DNA of 64,000 nucleotides. Origin: Amphiscolops sp. MND2022. Its lineage: Eukaryota. The notes beneath the pieces were generated by a model. The model was not told where the DNA came from. It saw only the letters and a program-made list of their open reading frames with translations, and did no database searches. Positions within the stretch are counted from its first letter, which is position 1. Each line of letters starts with the position of its first letter. The DNA lies in NCBI GenBank assembly GCA_964187785.1, contig OZ076409.1, positions 63,924,001 to 63,988,000 of the forward strand. Direction: 5' to 3'. Below are positions 25,766 to 37,949 of this stretch, in pieces. The position numbers and the translations under genes are program-made.

Positions 25766-26962
25766 AGTAGGTTTTACGGAACGATAATCGTGGTTTCCCA
25801 TATAAGAAAGGAATGAAATTGACACCGAAAATGACAAAAAACCCTGAATTTTCCTTTTTGAAAGTTTTTATGCAAGATTTACTCAAATTTTGACAGACTT
25901 CGTGCGTTGGAATGTTGAAATCTGCAGCAAGTAAAAAGTTTATCCAGTGGGTTTTGCAGCTTTCTAAACGGAAAATGTCTCAAACTGACATCGAAAACAA
26001 TAAAAATCTAATTTTTTCCAACTTTCAAAGTTTTTACGCCTTTTTTGTCAACTTTGGACCGACTCCGTTGATTGGAGTGTTGAAAACGTTCATCAAGATA
26101 ACAATTCATTGTCCAGTAATAGTCTTTTCTGAATAGATACCTGCAGTTTTTTTTAAAACGTTCAATTTTTAAAATTTTTTTTGCAATTTCTTCCAAGTTT
26201 TCTGACAGAAATCGTGGATTGGAGTGTTGAGAAGGGTCAAGAAGGAAAACATGTGGTGTCGAGTTTGCTTAGTGAAGAGCTAAATGCAGTTTTTGAAATA
26301 AAAAATGTCCAAAATTGACATCGAAAAAGATAAAATTTCGAAATTTTCCCGGTTTTCTTCATCTTTGTGTAAGTTTTGTCATCGATAGACTCCGTGAACT
26401 AGAATGTCAAACCTCCTCAACAATGGGGAAAACTTGTTGTTTCATTGAACTTTCGTCAAGAGATAAAGTCAACGGTTTGTTAAAATGGTGTAACTTTTCA
26501 ACAACAACTGAGTTCGGTGTCCAGTAGTCTAGATTTTGAGGAGACACATGTGGATTCATGTTGGAAGAAATCCTCAAATTCACCCCTAAGTCGTCAAAAT
26601 TGTTTCCAATTTTCGACCCTTCTGAAGAAACTATGTGCAATAAAATAACAAACCGGGACCACTCAAGTTTCTTAGGCTTGCAAGAGACCAAGTTTCAAGT
26701 TTACCATTATCGCAGTGCCAAAACCACTTTTTCATCTATTGGAAATCACAAAATCCAATCTTTTGAAACATTTGAAACGGTAGAATCTGAAACAGCGAAA
26801 AATTTTCAGCTCGCAGAATAACTTTCTCGAGCCGAAATTTGGTATGAAAAAAGGGGGTACCCTTCGACCAAATGAAAGTTTAGGAAAGACGCACAGAGCC
26901 GAAAAAACTGAGTTGTGTTTTTTTCCACAATCAAAAGGAAAACTCATCAGTCCCACGTGATC
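25765..26962 (-). repeat. Satellite-bearing repeat (degenerate ~150-180 bp units plus unique arm), inverted relative to 34178-37590
   Basis: Motif ttgga[a/g]tgttga recurs at ~25907, 26072, 26219, with a degenerate copy at ~26399; 26480-26962 is a diverged reverse complement of 34178-34682. Confidence 0.7.
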
Positions 26963-26979
26963 ATATATTTAAATTAATG

Positions 26980-27179
26980 NNNNNNNNNNNNNNNNNNNNN
27001 NNNNNNNNNNNNNNNNNNNNNNNNNNNNNNNNNNNNNNNNNNNNNNNNNNNNNNNNNNNNNNNNNNNNNNNNNNNNNNNNNNNNNNNNNNNNNNNNNNNN
27101 NNNNNNNNNNNNNNNNNNNNNNNNNNNNNNNNNNNNNNNNNNNNNNNNNNNNNNNNNNNNNNNNNNNNNNNNNNNNNNN
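26980..27179. other. Assembly gap (200 N)
   Basis: Run of n. Confidence 1.
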
Positions 27180-30100
27180 AGATGGTTAATGAAGAGGACG
27201 ACATGATGAAGTGACGTAGTTGAGATTTTTGTCAAGCCATATCAGCGTGGCATAAAGAAGTGATGGAAAGATCGTTGTTTTGTACAACAGAACTAGCGTT
27301 AAAACTGTGAGGCTCAATTCTCTTCTGCATAGCGACGAAGTTATATTCCAATTTCGTTTTGTTTTCACAATTGTTTTAGAAGAATGATCACGGTAGTTGA
27401 GCTTGCTATCAAAAATTACTCCGGGAGACTTTGTCGTTTTTTGCACTTGACATTTATCACATTGAGGGACTGGAATTCCAAGTCATTTCTTTCGCAGTTG
27501 AAAAGGATCAACTCAGTTTTTCCTCCGTTTACTCACAATCTTTCTCCAATCAGCACACCACTTCTCGATGTCCGAACAGGTTTTTCGAAGGATAGCAGAT
27601 TAATCTGACGAATCTTTGCCAGTGACAACGACAGAACTATCGTCTTCAAACTTGAATATCTGTTCTTCATTACAAAGAAAATCGTTTGGGAAGATGATGT
27701 AGAGCAATTGGAACGCCAATTTTAATCTAGAACTTTGGAGATTGATAACTACTCAGTTCGATGAAAACTACTCTGATTGGTGGAAACGATTCAATTATCT
27801 GATTTAGTTTGTGAGAAATATTGTGTTCCAAAAGTTTAAAGAGGAGGCCGTCCGCCCACTCGCTATCGAAAAACTTTTCGAAGTCATTTTTTAGCAGAGC
27901 CAACGGCAAACGTGAACAGCTGGAACTTTCGAGTATGAGATGTAGTCTGTAGAGCGATCGAGAGGTGTTTTTATTTTCGATCTGAATCCCTCCTGTTCGT
28001 CCCGAAGCAGTCCATGCACATTGGGATGTGAGTTGATTCTAGTTGCAAGCATACTTTACAACGTTTTTCTCCGTTTTTCATCACTTCTCTCTTCGTTCGG
28101 TTCGCGTTTGGAGACGACTCGTGACTCCATCCTTGGCCACACATGATACTCCCAGCAAGCATTAAATATAGTCAGCAGAAACAAGAGTACTTTAGTGTCC
28201 GAATTCGTTATCATTGTTACGTCGAGATCATCAGTATCAGAAGATTTGATTTTGCTTAGTTTCAAAATGACATTCTTTAGGTCATCTGTAGTAACTTCAA
28301 TTTGAAATATTTCATTATCATGTCACAATCATCATGTGATTGGTTTATTTGGCTTCCATTTGCAGTCCTTTTGCATCGTTGAAACTTTGCTGTTTCAGAT
28401 GTTCTCTTCCGAAGAACGTGGTTTCCTATGTTCTGCTAATTTCCTTTGGAGCCTTTAAGACCCTTTCTCCGTTATTGCGTATTAGTCCAACTTCTTGATA
28501 TTTAGTGTTGATCAAAGTTTTGTAAAAAGTCTAAAACTCTTTTCCTCTTTTGTGCCCAAGGGTGACAGATATTTCTCCATCCAGTCAGATACATTTTTGT
28601 TGAGTAAAAGTTTGAAACGCTTCCTTCGCTGCCGCCAGTTTTTGTCCGTTCTCAAAATTTTGATTCGTTCTTGAACTTTTTCAGTAAATATTGAAGCTCA
28701 TTGCTTGCGTCTGTCAAGTCTGTGTTCCAAAACGGTTTGCTATGATTTGAAACACACTTAAGGAAGCTTCAAGAAGCAGACTCTTGAACTCGTTCCAAAG
28801 AAAAACAGAGTCGTCCTCAACATCCATGATAGCATGTATTCGGCCCTCAATGACAAGTCCAACCTAACGAATCAGCTCTTTCAATCCATATTTTCTTGGA
28901 ATTCTCAGTGTCGTTATAACCTTCCAATCTGAAAATAACAGGAACAAGATCCGTCAGTGGATCAACGGTGAACAGCTTTGCAAATTCAACCGTATTAAGA
29001 GTGTGCTTACATCAATCAAACAGAGGCCCATAACAAATGCAAAGATCAATAACTCTGGAGTCGTATGCTGCCAAAAACGTAGGCTCACCCTCGTTGAGGA
29101 TGCTGAAGTGGTCGGTTACTTGAACTAGCATTACGATACAAATGCTGCAAAAGTGGAGTTTATCAACAAGTATAAAGTGCATTTTCCGTAAAACGAGAGC
29201 GAACCGTATTCTAGTTAAACAGTGCATAATGTAACGTTCACTAATGTACAGTGCATAGTGTACAGTCCAAGTCACACCGTGTAACAAGCAAAACACGTAA
29301 CGCGTATTTGAAACAATGACGCGTTTCTATTGGCTGTTAATCGAACTAGCAAGATCTTGCTAGTTCGTTGCGGCATATGTACTGTAATGAGTTCCTCACC
29401 GAACAAGTTACACGATTCCCCCCCCCCCAATAGGTATGCCTTGCATTGAGGTCACAAAAAAACAGAGCTCCATACAGGCAATTTTTATCAACATAAGTTC
29501 TGCAACTCTATATAACTTACATTGTTTTTTTCAAGCTCTCGAAGTCATCGGGTCTGAAAAAAGAACAACTTACTCAATTCCGCCCAGCCTAACAGTCAAA
29601 ACAATGTTATCAACAGAGGCGTCCCCCAGCTGATTAGGTCTTGAGTAAGGAATGTGGCTTTTCAACACTACTGCGACGTCCCCAGAACATCTACCCATAC
29701 CGACCCAGAAGCTGATTGTTGTGAAATTGTCAAATAGATTTGCGCTAATTTGTGTCTTGGTTTCATTAGGAAAACTGATATCAGCATTAGTTTGTTGTAG
29801 AAAACGAATTTTGCTGTTTTACTATGATCACTCAGCAGTATATAATTTTCTGCAAAAAGTTGAAACTAGGATAAGCTATCATTTTTGACGCAGGGTTTCT
29901 CGAAGTTGATGCTTGTAGATCTCGCGCCTCATAAACTATTTGTTGCTGTTTGATATAAGTTGGCCAGTCAAAAGAATCCGTTTCATGGTTTCCGCTGCAT
30001 TTGGCAGGCACCTGGCGGGCTGATTCCATTGGCAGTTGTCTACAGAAAGCTCGCCAGAGCAATGTTTGCATGAAAGTTTCGAATGGCAAATGGACTTGAC

Positions 30101-31180
30101 ATATCCGAACTTCTGACATCAGTAGCAGCCGATTATTGGTATTCCATATTGTATGAATTCGACTGGTTGATAGTACAAATGTTCAATGAAATCCCGTGGG
30201 TTGTTGCCTTGTCAAACTGGGTTTTTGTGGGAAACGGCAGTTTGACAGTTTGCAGTGATTCCCCATCGCTTTTGACAATATGTCTGATTCTGACACCTGG
30301 AAAAATATCCTTCAGAGCTGATGTTTTGTCACTAGCTCTCCGAGCGGACGAGTCGCCCAACAAAAATCAGCCTTTCATCCGTACAAAACACAGTCAGCCT
30401 CCTCTGGTGTTGTAAACTCAAGATGAATTTCACCACGTGCGGAAATTAAGGCGTACAGTAACTTTTCGAAGCAAACGCTCATTTGATTCCGATATTATTT
30501 CTGGATTTCTGATCTGTCTTGATGAGCAATATGTTGGGAGGATCACGGTTTTGTCTTGTTCGACTTTCAGGTGTCAGTCGTACTTTTTGTAGGAGATTCG
30601 TTTTGATTAGTTTTTACTTTATTCGCTTAGTTCTCGAACAACTGAGTTGATGCTGGGTTGTCAAGCATGAGTTTGATGGTTAATAGGTCCTTTTTCATGG
30701 TCTTGATAATTGGTAATGTTTTTTTTAAATTAAGTTCCTTTTTTCTGTTGTTGATTTCTGGCATTCAAGGATATCCAGACGCTAGAAGACCGACCCTGAA
30801 GGTGCTTGTTTTTCGCATTTGCAGCAAAATTAATGAACAGAGGCACATTTTGAAGTACTGGTAAGTCCTTTACATCAAGGTCCCCACAACATCCATACAA
30901 CCAAGATTCACATCCGTTGCAACATATTGAATTCTTTTCAGTTTCCTCGACGATACATTTACATTAAGGGCGACAATCATCCGAGACTGACTGATTTCTG
31001 TTTTTTGGTCCCCTTATGTCAGATCATTGCCAACTAATGTTTTCGAAGACCAAGAAAAAAACAGGTCACTAACCTATTGAGCCACTTTCAATTGTCGGAG
31101 TTTCTTTCGTATTCTCTGATTCCATTTCTTCCTTAACTTTTTATCTGGTTTGAACCTCTGTACGTGATACTGGTGATTCC
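27180..31180 (-). mobile_element. Degenerate APE-RT LINE with ORF1 (zinc knuckles) and ORF2, related to 22720-25765
   Basis: ORF1 remnant (DIFPGVRIRHIVKSDG...CSGNHET), APE (ILNEGEPTF..VIDLCI), RT fragments (DFEKFFDSEW..GLLFKL; GVIFDSKLNY..H; LYKTTIFPSLLYA); 3' end runs into the gap. Confidence 0.8.
29121..29379. mobile_element. Small insertion with a perfect 26-bp palindrome, inside the LINE APE domain
   Basis: 4-bp direct repeat tact on both flanks; excision restores EELITVTDHFSILN; palindrome cgaactagcaagatcttgctagttcg at 29342-29367. Confidence 0.7.
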
Positions 31181-31188
31181 AGGTATAT

Positions 31189-32440
31189 AGGGGCACAAAT
31201 AACGTCTGAGGAACAACACCTAAAGGAAAAACGTCTAAATTTTACTCATTTATCAGGAATAACGTCTAAAGATTTAGACGTTATTCCTGTTTTTTTAGAT
31301 GTTATTTCCGATTTTGAAATATTGTTTCTTGTGCAGAAAAAATCTTTCCTTGCTCTAATTTTCAAAAATGAACTATGAAATAATGAAAAGCCACGGAATC
31401 GGAGCAAAAGTCTGTATCGGATGAGTATGTTTGCCTAAATTAGGAGAAAGTCCAAAACATCAAATAAACTATGCAAATCTAACCGAAAAGAACGAAAAAC
31501 GTATAAAATCCAGAAAAACGCTCAAAATATCAGAAAGTTATCAAAATGCGACTGAAAAACGGGAACAACACATAAAATTGGAACAAAATGAAATCATTTA
31601 GGATTTAAAACTATAAAGTAAAATACGCGTAGACTGTTTTCACAACATTCGAGGAGCTGTAAGGTGGCATCATGGTCGGCTACGCGTGTGGCTGTCTTGT
31701 AGGCGTCCCACCTGCTGATGAAGTACTCCCAGTCTTCACTCGTACTCTCTTTAGACACTTTTGGGCGAGACAATTTGTCGGGTTTGGCCCGTTGACAGAA
31801 GCCGGGGGCATGTTAATACCAGTGCACCGTGAAAAGTGCGATGGCTTGAGCCGCTTCAATATCCCCCGTGGCGTAGGTACATCCTTCAATGGGGCAATTG
31901 AGCCATGGCTGGCGAACACGTTCACTGGTGTTATTTGTGCTTGGAGCACATTATACGTGATGCTACCAAAGTAGATATAGAGGTAAATGGCCAGTTGGCT
32001 TAATGCCATTTGGCTTTAAGTCATTTGGCTTGATACAATTGGTCACTTGGCCTAATTTTTTTAAGCTAAGTGTCTCGGGTATTGGTCACTTGGCTTAAAA
32101 TCATTTGACTTAAAACCACTCAGTTGAAAACACATGGCAGACTTTGTCGAATTTATCTTTATAACGTAGTCAGCGTAATATTATAACATGTCATATCAAG
32201 TACCCCTCGGATTTGTCCCCTTTACGTCTAGTACCCCGCCGCCACATGGGTCCGCTTATATTCCCAGTTTGCTAAACGAGGTCAAACAGGAGCAAAGATC
32301 TAGCAGAAACAGAAAGTCCCTTTTTTCAAACAGGAATAACGTCTCTAATTTTAGACGCTCTTCTCAAAAAAATCATTTGTTTTAGACGTTTTTCCCGTTT
32401 TGTATTTAGATGATGGTCCTCAGACGTTCTTCCTGCTGCC
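31189..32440. mobile_element. Foldback MITE F1 (tagacgttatt repeats) containing a copy of 47243-47925
   Basis: Inverted ends aacgtctgagga / tcctcagacgtt; internal 31627-32305 matches the Gypsy gag/PBS/LTR-MITE junction; no clear TSD. Confidence 0.65.
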
Positions 32441-32471
32441 ACGGGTTTCGATGATTTTTGACATTTTACAA

Positions 32472-32772
32472 GGTAGATAGTAAGTTTGTAAAAAAAAATG
32501 GGGAAGTAAGTTTGTTGAAAAGTGTAGTGGGTTTGTACAAAAAATTTTTCAAACTCAACCACCCATAGTAAGTTTGTAAAAGTCTACAAACTTGCTTTAA
32601 AAAAACTACTGTAATCCAAAGGTAGGCAGTAAAATTGCAAAAAACAATTTTGTCGAAGTAAGTTTGTCGGAAAGTGTTAGTAATTTTGAAGAAAAAAATC
32701 TACAAACTTACAAACCCATTGTAAGTTTGTAGAATTCTACAAACTTGCTTTTTACAAACTTACTATAATTCC
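32472..32772. mobile_element. Foldback MITE (agtttgtag/ctacaaact repeats)
   Basis: Inverted ends tagtaagtttgtaaaa / ttttacaaacttacta with internal repeats of the same motif. Confidence 0.65.
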
Positions 32773-32884
32773 GTTTTTGCTATTTTTTGTTGTTTTTCCT
32801 GATTTCAGGCGTTTTTTGATGATTTTTTACACATTTAGGCGTATATCAGTTTTAGACGTTATTCCACGTTTTAGACGTCAACTT

Positions 32885-33880
32885 CAACATATTGAGTACA
32901 ACGATCTCTTGTGATGATTTGTAGATTTTTCCAACTGCGTCGATACAATGCATTTAAGCAGATATAGATTCTTTATCATCATGGTCAAGGAGGCAAAATG
33001 GTCCATCTCTTCATCCTTGTAAGTGCAAAATCATGTCTTTTGCATATGCAATCCTCTGATATTAATTGAGACTGAGCTCGAGGTTGTATCTGAGAAAAAA
33101 GTTTTGGGCACCTTTAGCAGTGCAAATCTTACCCGGAACAACCGTGTTGGCTACCAGGTTGCAAAATGGACAAGAAAAATAAATTCCTTCAAGCGCAACA
33201 TGCCCTTCGCACTATCTGTTAATCGAAAACTAATGTTATTCCGCAGTTCAATTGTACCGATTTTACTATATGCCTCATGTGCCTGGCACCCTGGCATTGT
33301 GAGTTTAAAAAGACCTGAAAAGTCCAGCGCTTGTGTTTTCGGAGGATTTTGGGAAACAGCTTTTTGATTGAAAACGATTACGATTCATCTGTGTAAAACC
33401 ACTGAAACTGCTGCCAGTATGTTTTCAGGTAATTCACGCGGACATGAGGCTGCTCTGTAGGATGGTAAATAGCAAATGCGACTGTGGCATTGAATTCTCC
33501 TTTGTCAACTGATCGCCTCGCTCATCGGAATTTCAACTGTTTTTTTTTACCAGAGAAATAGAAAGTTCCTCTCAGAACAGAGCTTTTATGTCCGTGCTCA
33601 ACGTGCTACTAAAGTTGAAAGTGGTTCAGTTTGACACCCCTTCATGAATAAACTGAATGTCTTTTTGTTAGCCAAAATTGATTCTTCTGACCCAAATAAT
33701 GCTTGCACTTTTTATCTGAAATGTTACTGTACTAATTGTCATCGCCAGTCCAGTTCTCATTTCTTTTGAACAGTGCTTCTGATTGATTTATGTACTTCCT
33801 TTATCGGAATAGAGCCTGTTAACAAGACGCCCTCTGAGCAGCGCGATATTTTCTGTCCCAAACTATTCTACAACTAAATA
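32885..33880 (+). mobile_element. 5'-truncated CR1-group LINE (ORF2 C-terminus + 3' UTR)
   Basis: KKVLG..NLT..N...RKLMLFRSSIVPILLYASCAWHP; 3' UTR motif aacaagacgccctct..gatattttc also present inverted at ~49160-49230. Confidence 0.7.
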
Positions 33881-34177
33881 ACTTTGAGGCTCAAGATTAA
33901 CCATTGCACTATAAAAACGAGAAGCTCGAAGGAGGGAAAGCTGTGATTCATCTTAGCCCATTGGAAAGGAAACCCTTAATTTATAATGTCTGCGATAGCT
34001 GGCCATCTTTCGTTTTCTCGGCACTATGTGACTTACCAAGAAAAAATGAGACTTTCAATAACTTCTTCGAAAAAAGTTTTCGAAATTCACTTTTTGCAAA
34101 CTTTACTTTTCGAGGTTTTCTGTATAAGCAATAGGTTTTCGAGTCTTGAGGATAACTATTTGTTCATTTTGTTCTTT

Positions 34178-37100
34178 TGATCATATGTAACTGACGAGGT
34201 TTCTTCTTGATTGAGGAAATTACCTCGTTTCAGTTTTTTTGACTCTGTGCGTCTTTCTGAATTTTTCATTTGTTCAAAGAGTACCCCTTTGCTGAAATAC
34301 ATAATTTCGGTTTGAGAAAAGTAGTTTTGCGAGCTGAAACTCGTTTTGCTATCAATTTGACTGGAAAAAATTAATATTTGTTTTTTTTGTACTTCTTGTT
34401 GGGCAGTGTGGTTTTTTAGTCTAAAGCGTAATTCATTAGTAATTTTTGCCACTGAGAAAAGAGTAGAAACTAGGTCCTTTGCAAGTTTAGGAAAATTGAG
34501 CGATCTCGGTTTGTCATAATATTGCACAGAGTTTCACCAGAAGTGTCAAAAATTGGAAATAGTTTTGAAAACTTTGGGGTCAATTTGATGACCTTTTCTA
34601 ACATGAAACAACAGATGTCTCTTCTGAATTAAGCCTACTGGACACCCAATTTGCTGTTGTTGAATGTTTACACCATTTTAAAACACGCACGAAGTAGCTC
34701 GGAAAATTTTCTATTTGAAGTTGTACTCCATATCTAGTGATTTTGCTCGGAGGTTTTTGAATACTAAATATTAAACATATGAAGTCGAAAAGTCAAAGTA
34801 GTTTGACAGTTGTGCAAAAAACCTTGTCTGTTGTTTTTTCAAATCACTTCTGGTAGATACACGTTTCAATCAGGAGCCTCTGGGTTTTCTGATTGAAGTA
34901 AATGTTCGGAAAGGGTCTAAAATTAGGACAATGTTTTCAAAAACAGAGAAAAATTGGGAGTTTTGACACCTTTTTAGTAAACTCGATGAATTTATCCCAC
35001 TTGTTTTCCTGAAGTAGCTGGAAAATTGCACAAACACAATCCCTGAAAAGTCATTTTTGCCTCATTTGCAGTTTTTGCATTATTTGGGTCATTCTGAAGA
35101 AACTTTTTTCTATACCAAATTCAAATGTCTCTTTGAAAAACGTGCTGTAGACCCATTTCTGTCATCTAGAGCTATTCAAATCTTTTGCCGTACCAAAAAA
35201 TTCTATTCTCAAAAAAGATCTCACTGAAAATGTCAGAAATCGAAAGAAAATGACAATTTCATATTTCGAGGTCAATTTTGAGCCGTTTTTCGCAACTATT
35301 GATTTGAAAACCTACTGAAATATGAGTTCAGTCTTCGTAGAACGTTTGCCAAAATTCTGACTCCAAAATGATTTAAAAGTACTCGAGTACACAAAAACGA
35401 AATAGTTTCGACACCCTTGGAGTCATTCTGAAGTGTTTTTGAAGCCGAACGCTGCAATGTTTTCTTCAAGAAATGTAATTTAGTGCTCTTTTTTTGTTGT
35501 TGAGTTGGTTGTGTTGGAACTTAGAAGAAAACTTCTCGGAAAATAAATAGCAATTGCATCAAAACCAAAAAAACTGTTTTTGACTGTTCCAGATCAATTT
35601 GAGGCCGTTTTGTCTTACAAATTGGACTTATCTTGTAACGAAAGCTCACTGAAACAACACATTGGCCCATGCTTTAGGCGTTTTAACATTCTAGTCCTCC
35701 AAGTCTATCGATATTCAGACAAAAATTGAACAAAAAGAGTGAAAATTGGAAAATTTCCAATTTTTGTCTTTTTTGATGTCAATTCCGGACAAGCTTGACA
35801 AGCTGTATTTATCTCTTTTTTATGCATAGTGGCCAACACATTTTTTCCATGTTGACCTTTTTGAACGTTCCAGCTGACGAAGTCGGTCAAAAATTTGGAA
35901 AACAATCATAAAAACAATGCATGAAAACATTAAAAATTGGAAATTTTCTGGTTCTTTAGTCATTCTGGATGTCAATTTGAGACGCTTTCCATTCAGAACA
36001 TTGCATTTATCTCTTCATAAACAACTTATGGACAACCAACGTTTTCCTTGTTGACCCTTCAAACTTTTCCATTCCACGAAGTCTGTCGATGCCAGGGAAT
36101 TCAATCTCAAACCCAAACAGTACCCCTCAAACTCAAACTAATGCAATTCAAACTAAACTCAAACTATTTTCATCCAAAAATTGAAGCTCAAACTCGAACC
36201 CAAAATTTTCTCGATTCAAAATCGAACTTCTGCTTGGTTGATATCAAACTGGAACGTCAAAAGTATTGAAAACTGTCTGCGACGTTTTTTCAAATACATT
36301 GTATCCTTGGCTTATTTAATATACTTAATACATAGCTATTTTAAAATATTTATCACTATTCCATGTGCTGGTATTTTACAAAATTGGATTTGTCTATTTC
36401 AGATTCGCAATGTCCTACAGCGAGCTGCAAGTGCTTGTGACATCTGAGTAGTCAAATGTAGAACAACCATCAAGCTGGAGGAAACTGGAGAACGTTTGCA
36501 ACATCTTGAAGCCGTTACAAGAGCTTACTTTGTATTTGCACGGTGAAAATGCTGGCGTCTCTGTTAAAGCGGTTAAATTTCTGAAGCATCTTACGAATTC
36601 TGATCCAGCATTAAACTCTCCTATACTAAGCATTTTGAAGAAACACTTTGATGGCAATTCGATTGTTAATGCAAAAATCTACATACATGGGGAATTTTAC
36701 GAGCATATGAAGTCTATGCATCAAATACAAGTTGGTATTGAAGTTTTATCATCTGAATATGAAGACAGGTTGGAGCCTATCTCATTTTCATTGTTTGTGG
36801 CGAGTATAATTATTGAGGAGTTTGACGTGAACCTTATGATGACAAATTCCCGACCAACAAGTGCTGATACAGAACGTGTTTCTTACTGGCAAATTTCTTA
36901 CAAAATCGACTTACGTCTGGTAATCACACTCGCAATGTGTTCTTGAAGAAAAATATATACTTGCTGTCATTAAAACCTTTGGTTTTACTTGTCGTTCATA
37001 TAAAAATTTGAAAGTCTTTTTGTTTTTCACGTAGTCAAACATCTTAGATTAGATTCAAACTCAAACTCAAACTTTCGCAGCCCTGTTTGAGCCAAACTCA

Positions 37101-37590
37101 AAACCAAACTCAAACTTTCCACTGAAACTCAAACTTTGAAAATTAATGTTTGAGTTCCCTGGTCGTTACTTTATCAAAAAACGGATAACTTTGAAATATG
37201 AAAAGATGTGAGATTTTTTTGTCATTTTCGGTGTGATTTGAAACATTTTCACTTAGAAACTGCAATAAAGTGTACGTAAAAGCCTACTGGACAACACATT
37301 CTTTCTGTGTAGACCTTTTCAACGTTCCATTCCACAAAGACCGTCAAAAATTTGGAAAAAAAATCATTGAATCTTTGAAATTTGGGAAAGTTTTGGGATT
37401 ATTCAGTTTCGGTGTCAATTTGAGGATTTTTGATTTGAATACAGCTATTATCTTTTCGGTAAGGCCTACTGGACAACAAACTAGTGGTATGTTGAGCAAT
37501 TTCTACTTTTTAATCCACGAAGTTTATCGAAAATTTGACAAAAATTGCATGAAAACATTGAAATCGGGACTTTTTTGTTTTTTTTTGTCA
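34178..37590 (+). repeat. Degenerate ~180-bp satellite-like array with unique arm, interrupted by a hAT element
   Basis: Related motifs (consensus like tttcaacgttccattccacgaag) at ~35681, 35860, 36058, 37317 (182 bp from the previous one after removing the hAT); cctactggacaaca at 37283 and 37466. Confidence 0.7.
36093..37161 (+). mobile_element. Internally deleted hAT DNA transposon with transposase remnant
   Basis: TIR cagggaattcaa / ttgagttccctg; 8-bp TSD gtcgatgc vs gtcgttac; (ctcaaa)n subterminal repeats; WRKLENVCNILKPLQELTLYLHGE is a typical hAT/ZBED segment. Confidence 0.85.
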
Positions 37591-37949
37591 TTTTTGTCAG
37601 CGGAAAAAAAATTAATTATTATAGAAGTTAATCCTTCCGACGTTATTCCCGGTTTACTTTTAGATGTTATTTCCTAGACCTTATTCCGGCGATATATAAC
37701 CAAGTTGAAAATTTTGGTCGAAAAAATTCAGGTCGAATATGGTCGACAAGAAACTAGGTCAAAATTGAAGGGATAGTTTTTCGGTCGACATAATTAGGTC
37801 CAATATGTGAATATTTGCGAAAATAATCAAAACGAAAATGGGGGTCATTGACGGTGCATTCACACTCGCCCTCACCGTCGCAAGGACCAGCTCCCACTAC
37901 GATTGCTTTGCTATCTCGGTTCCCGCTAGGTTTTAGTTCCTGTTCGACC

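Noticed and set aside
26969..27235. ORFs spanning N runs (also 55862-56217)
   Set aside because: Open only because of ambiguous bases.
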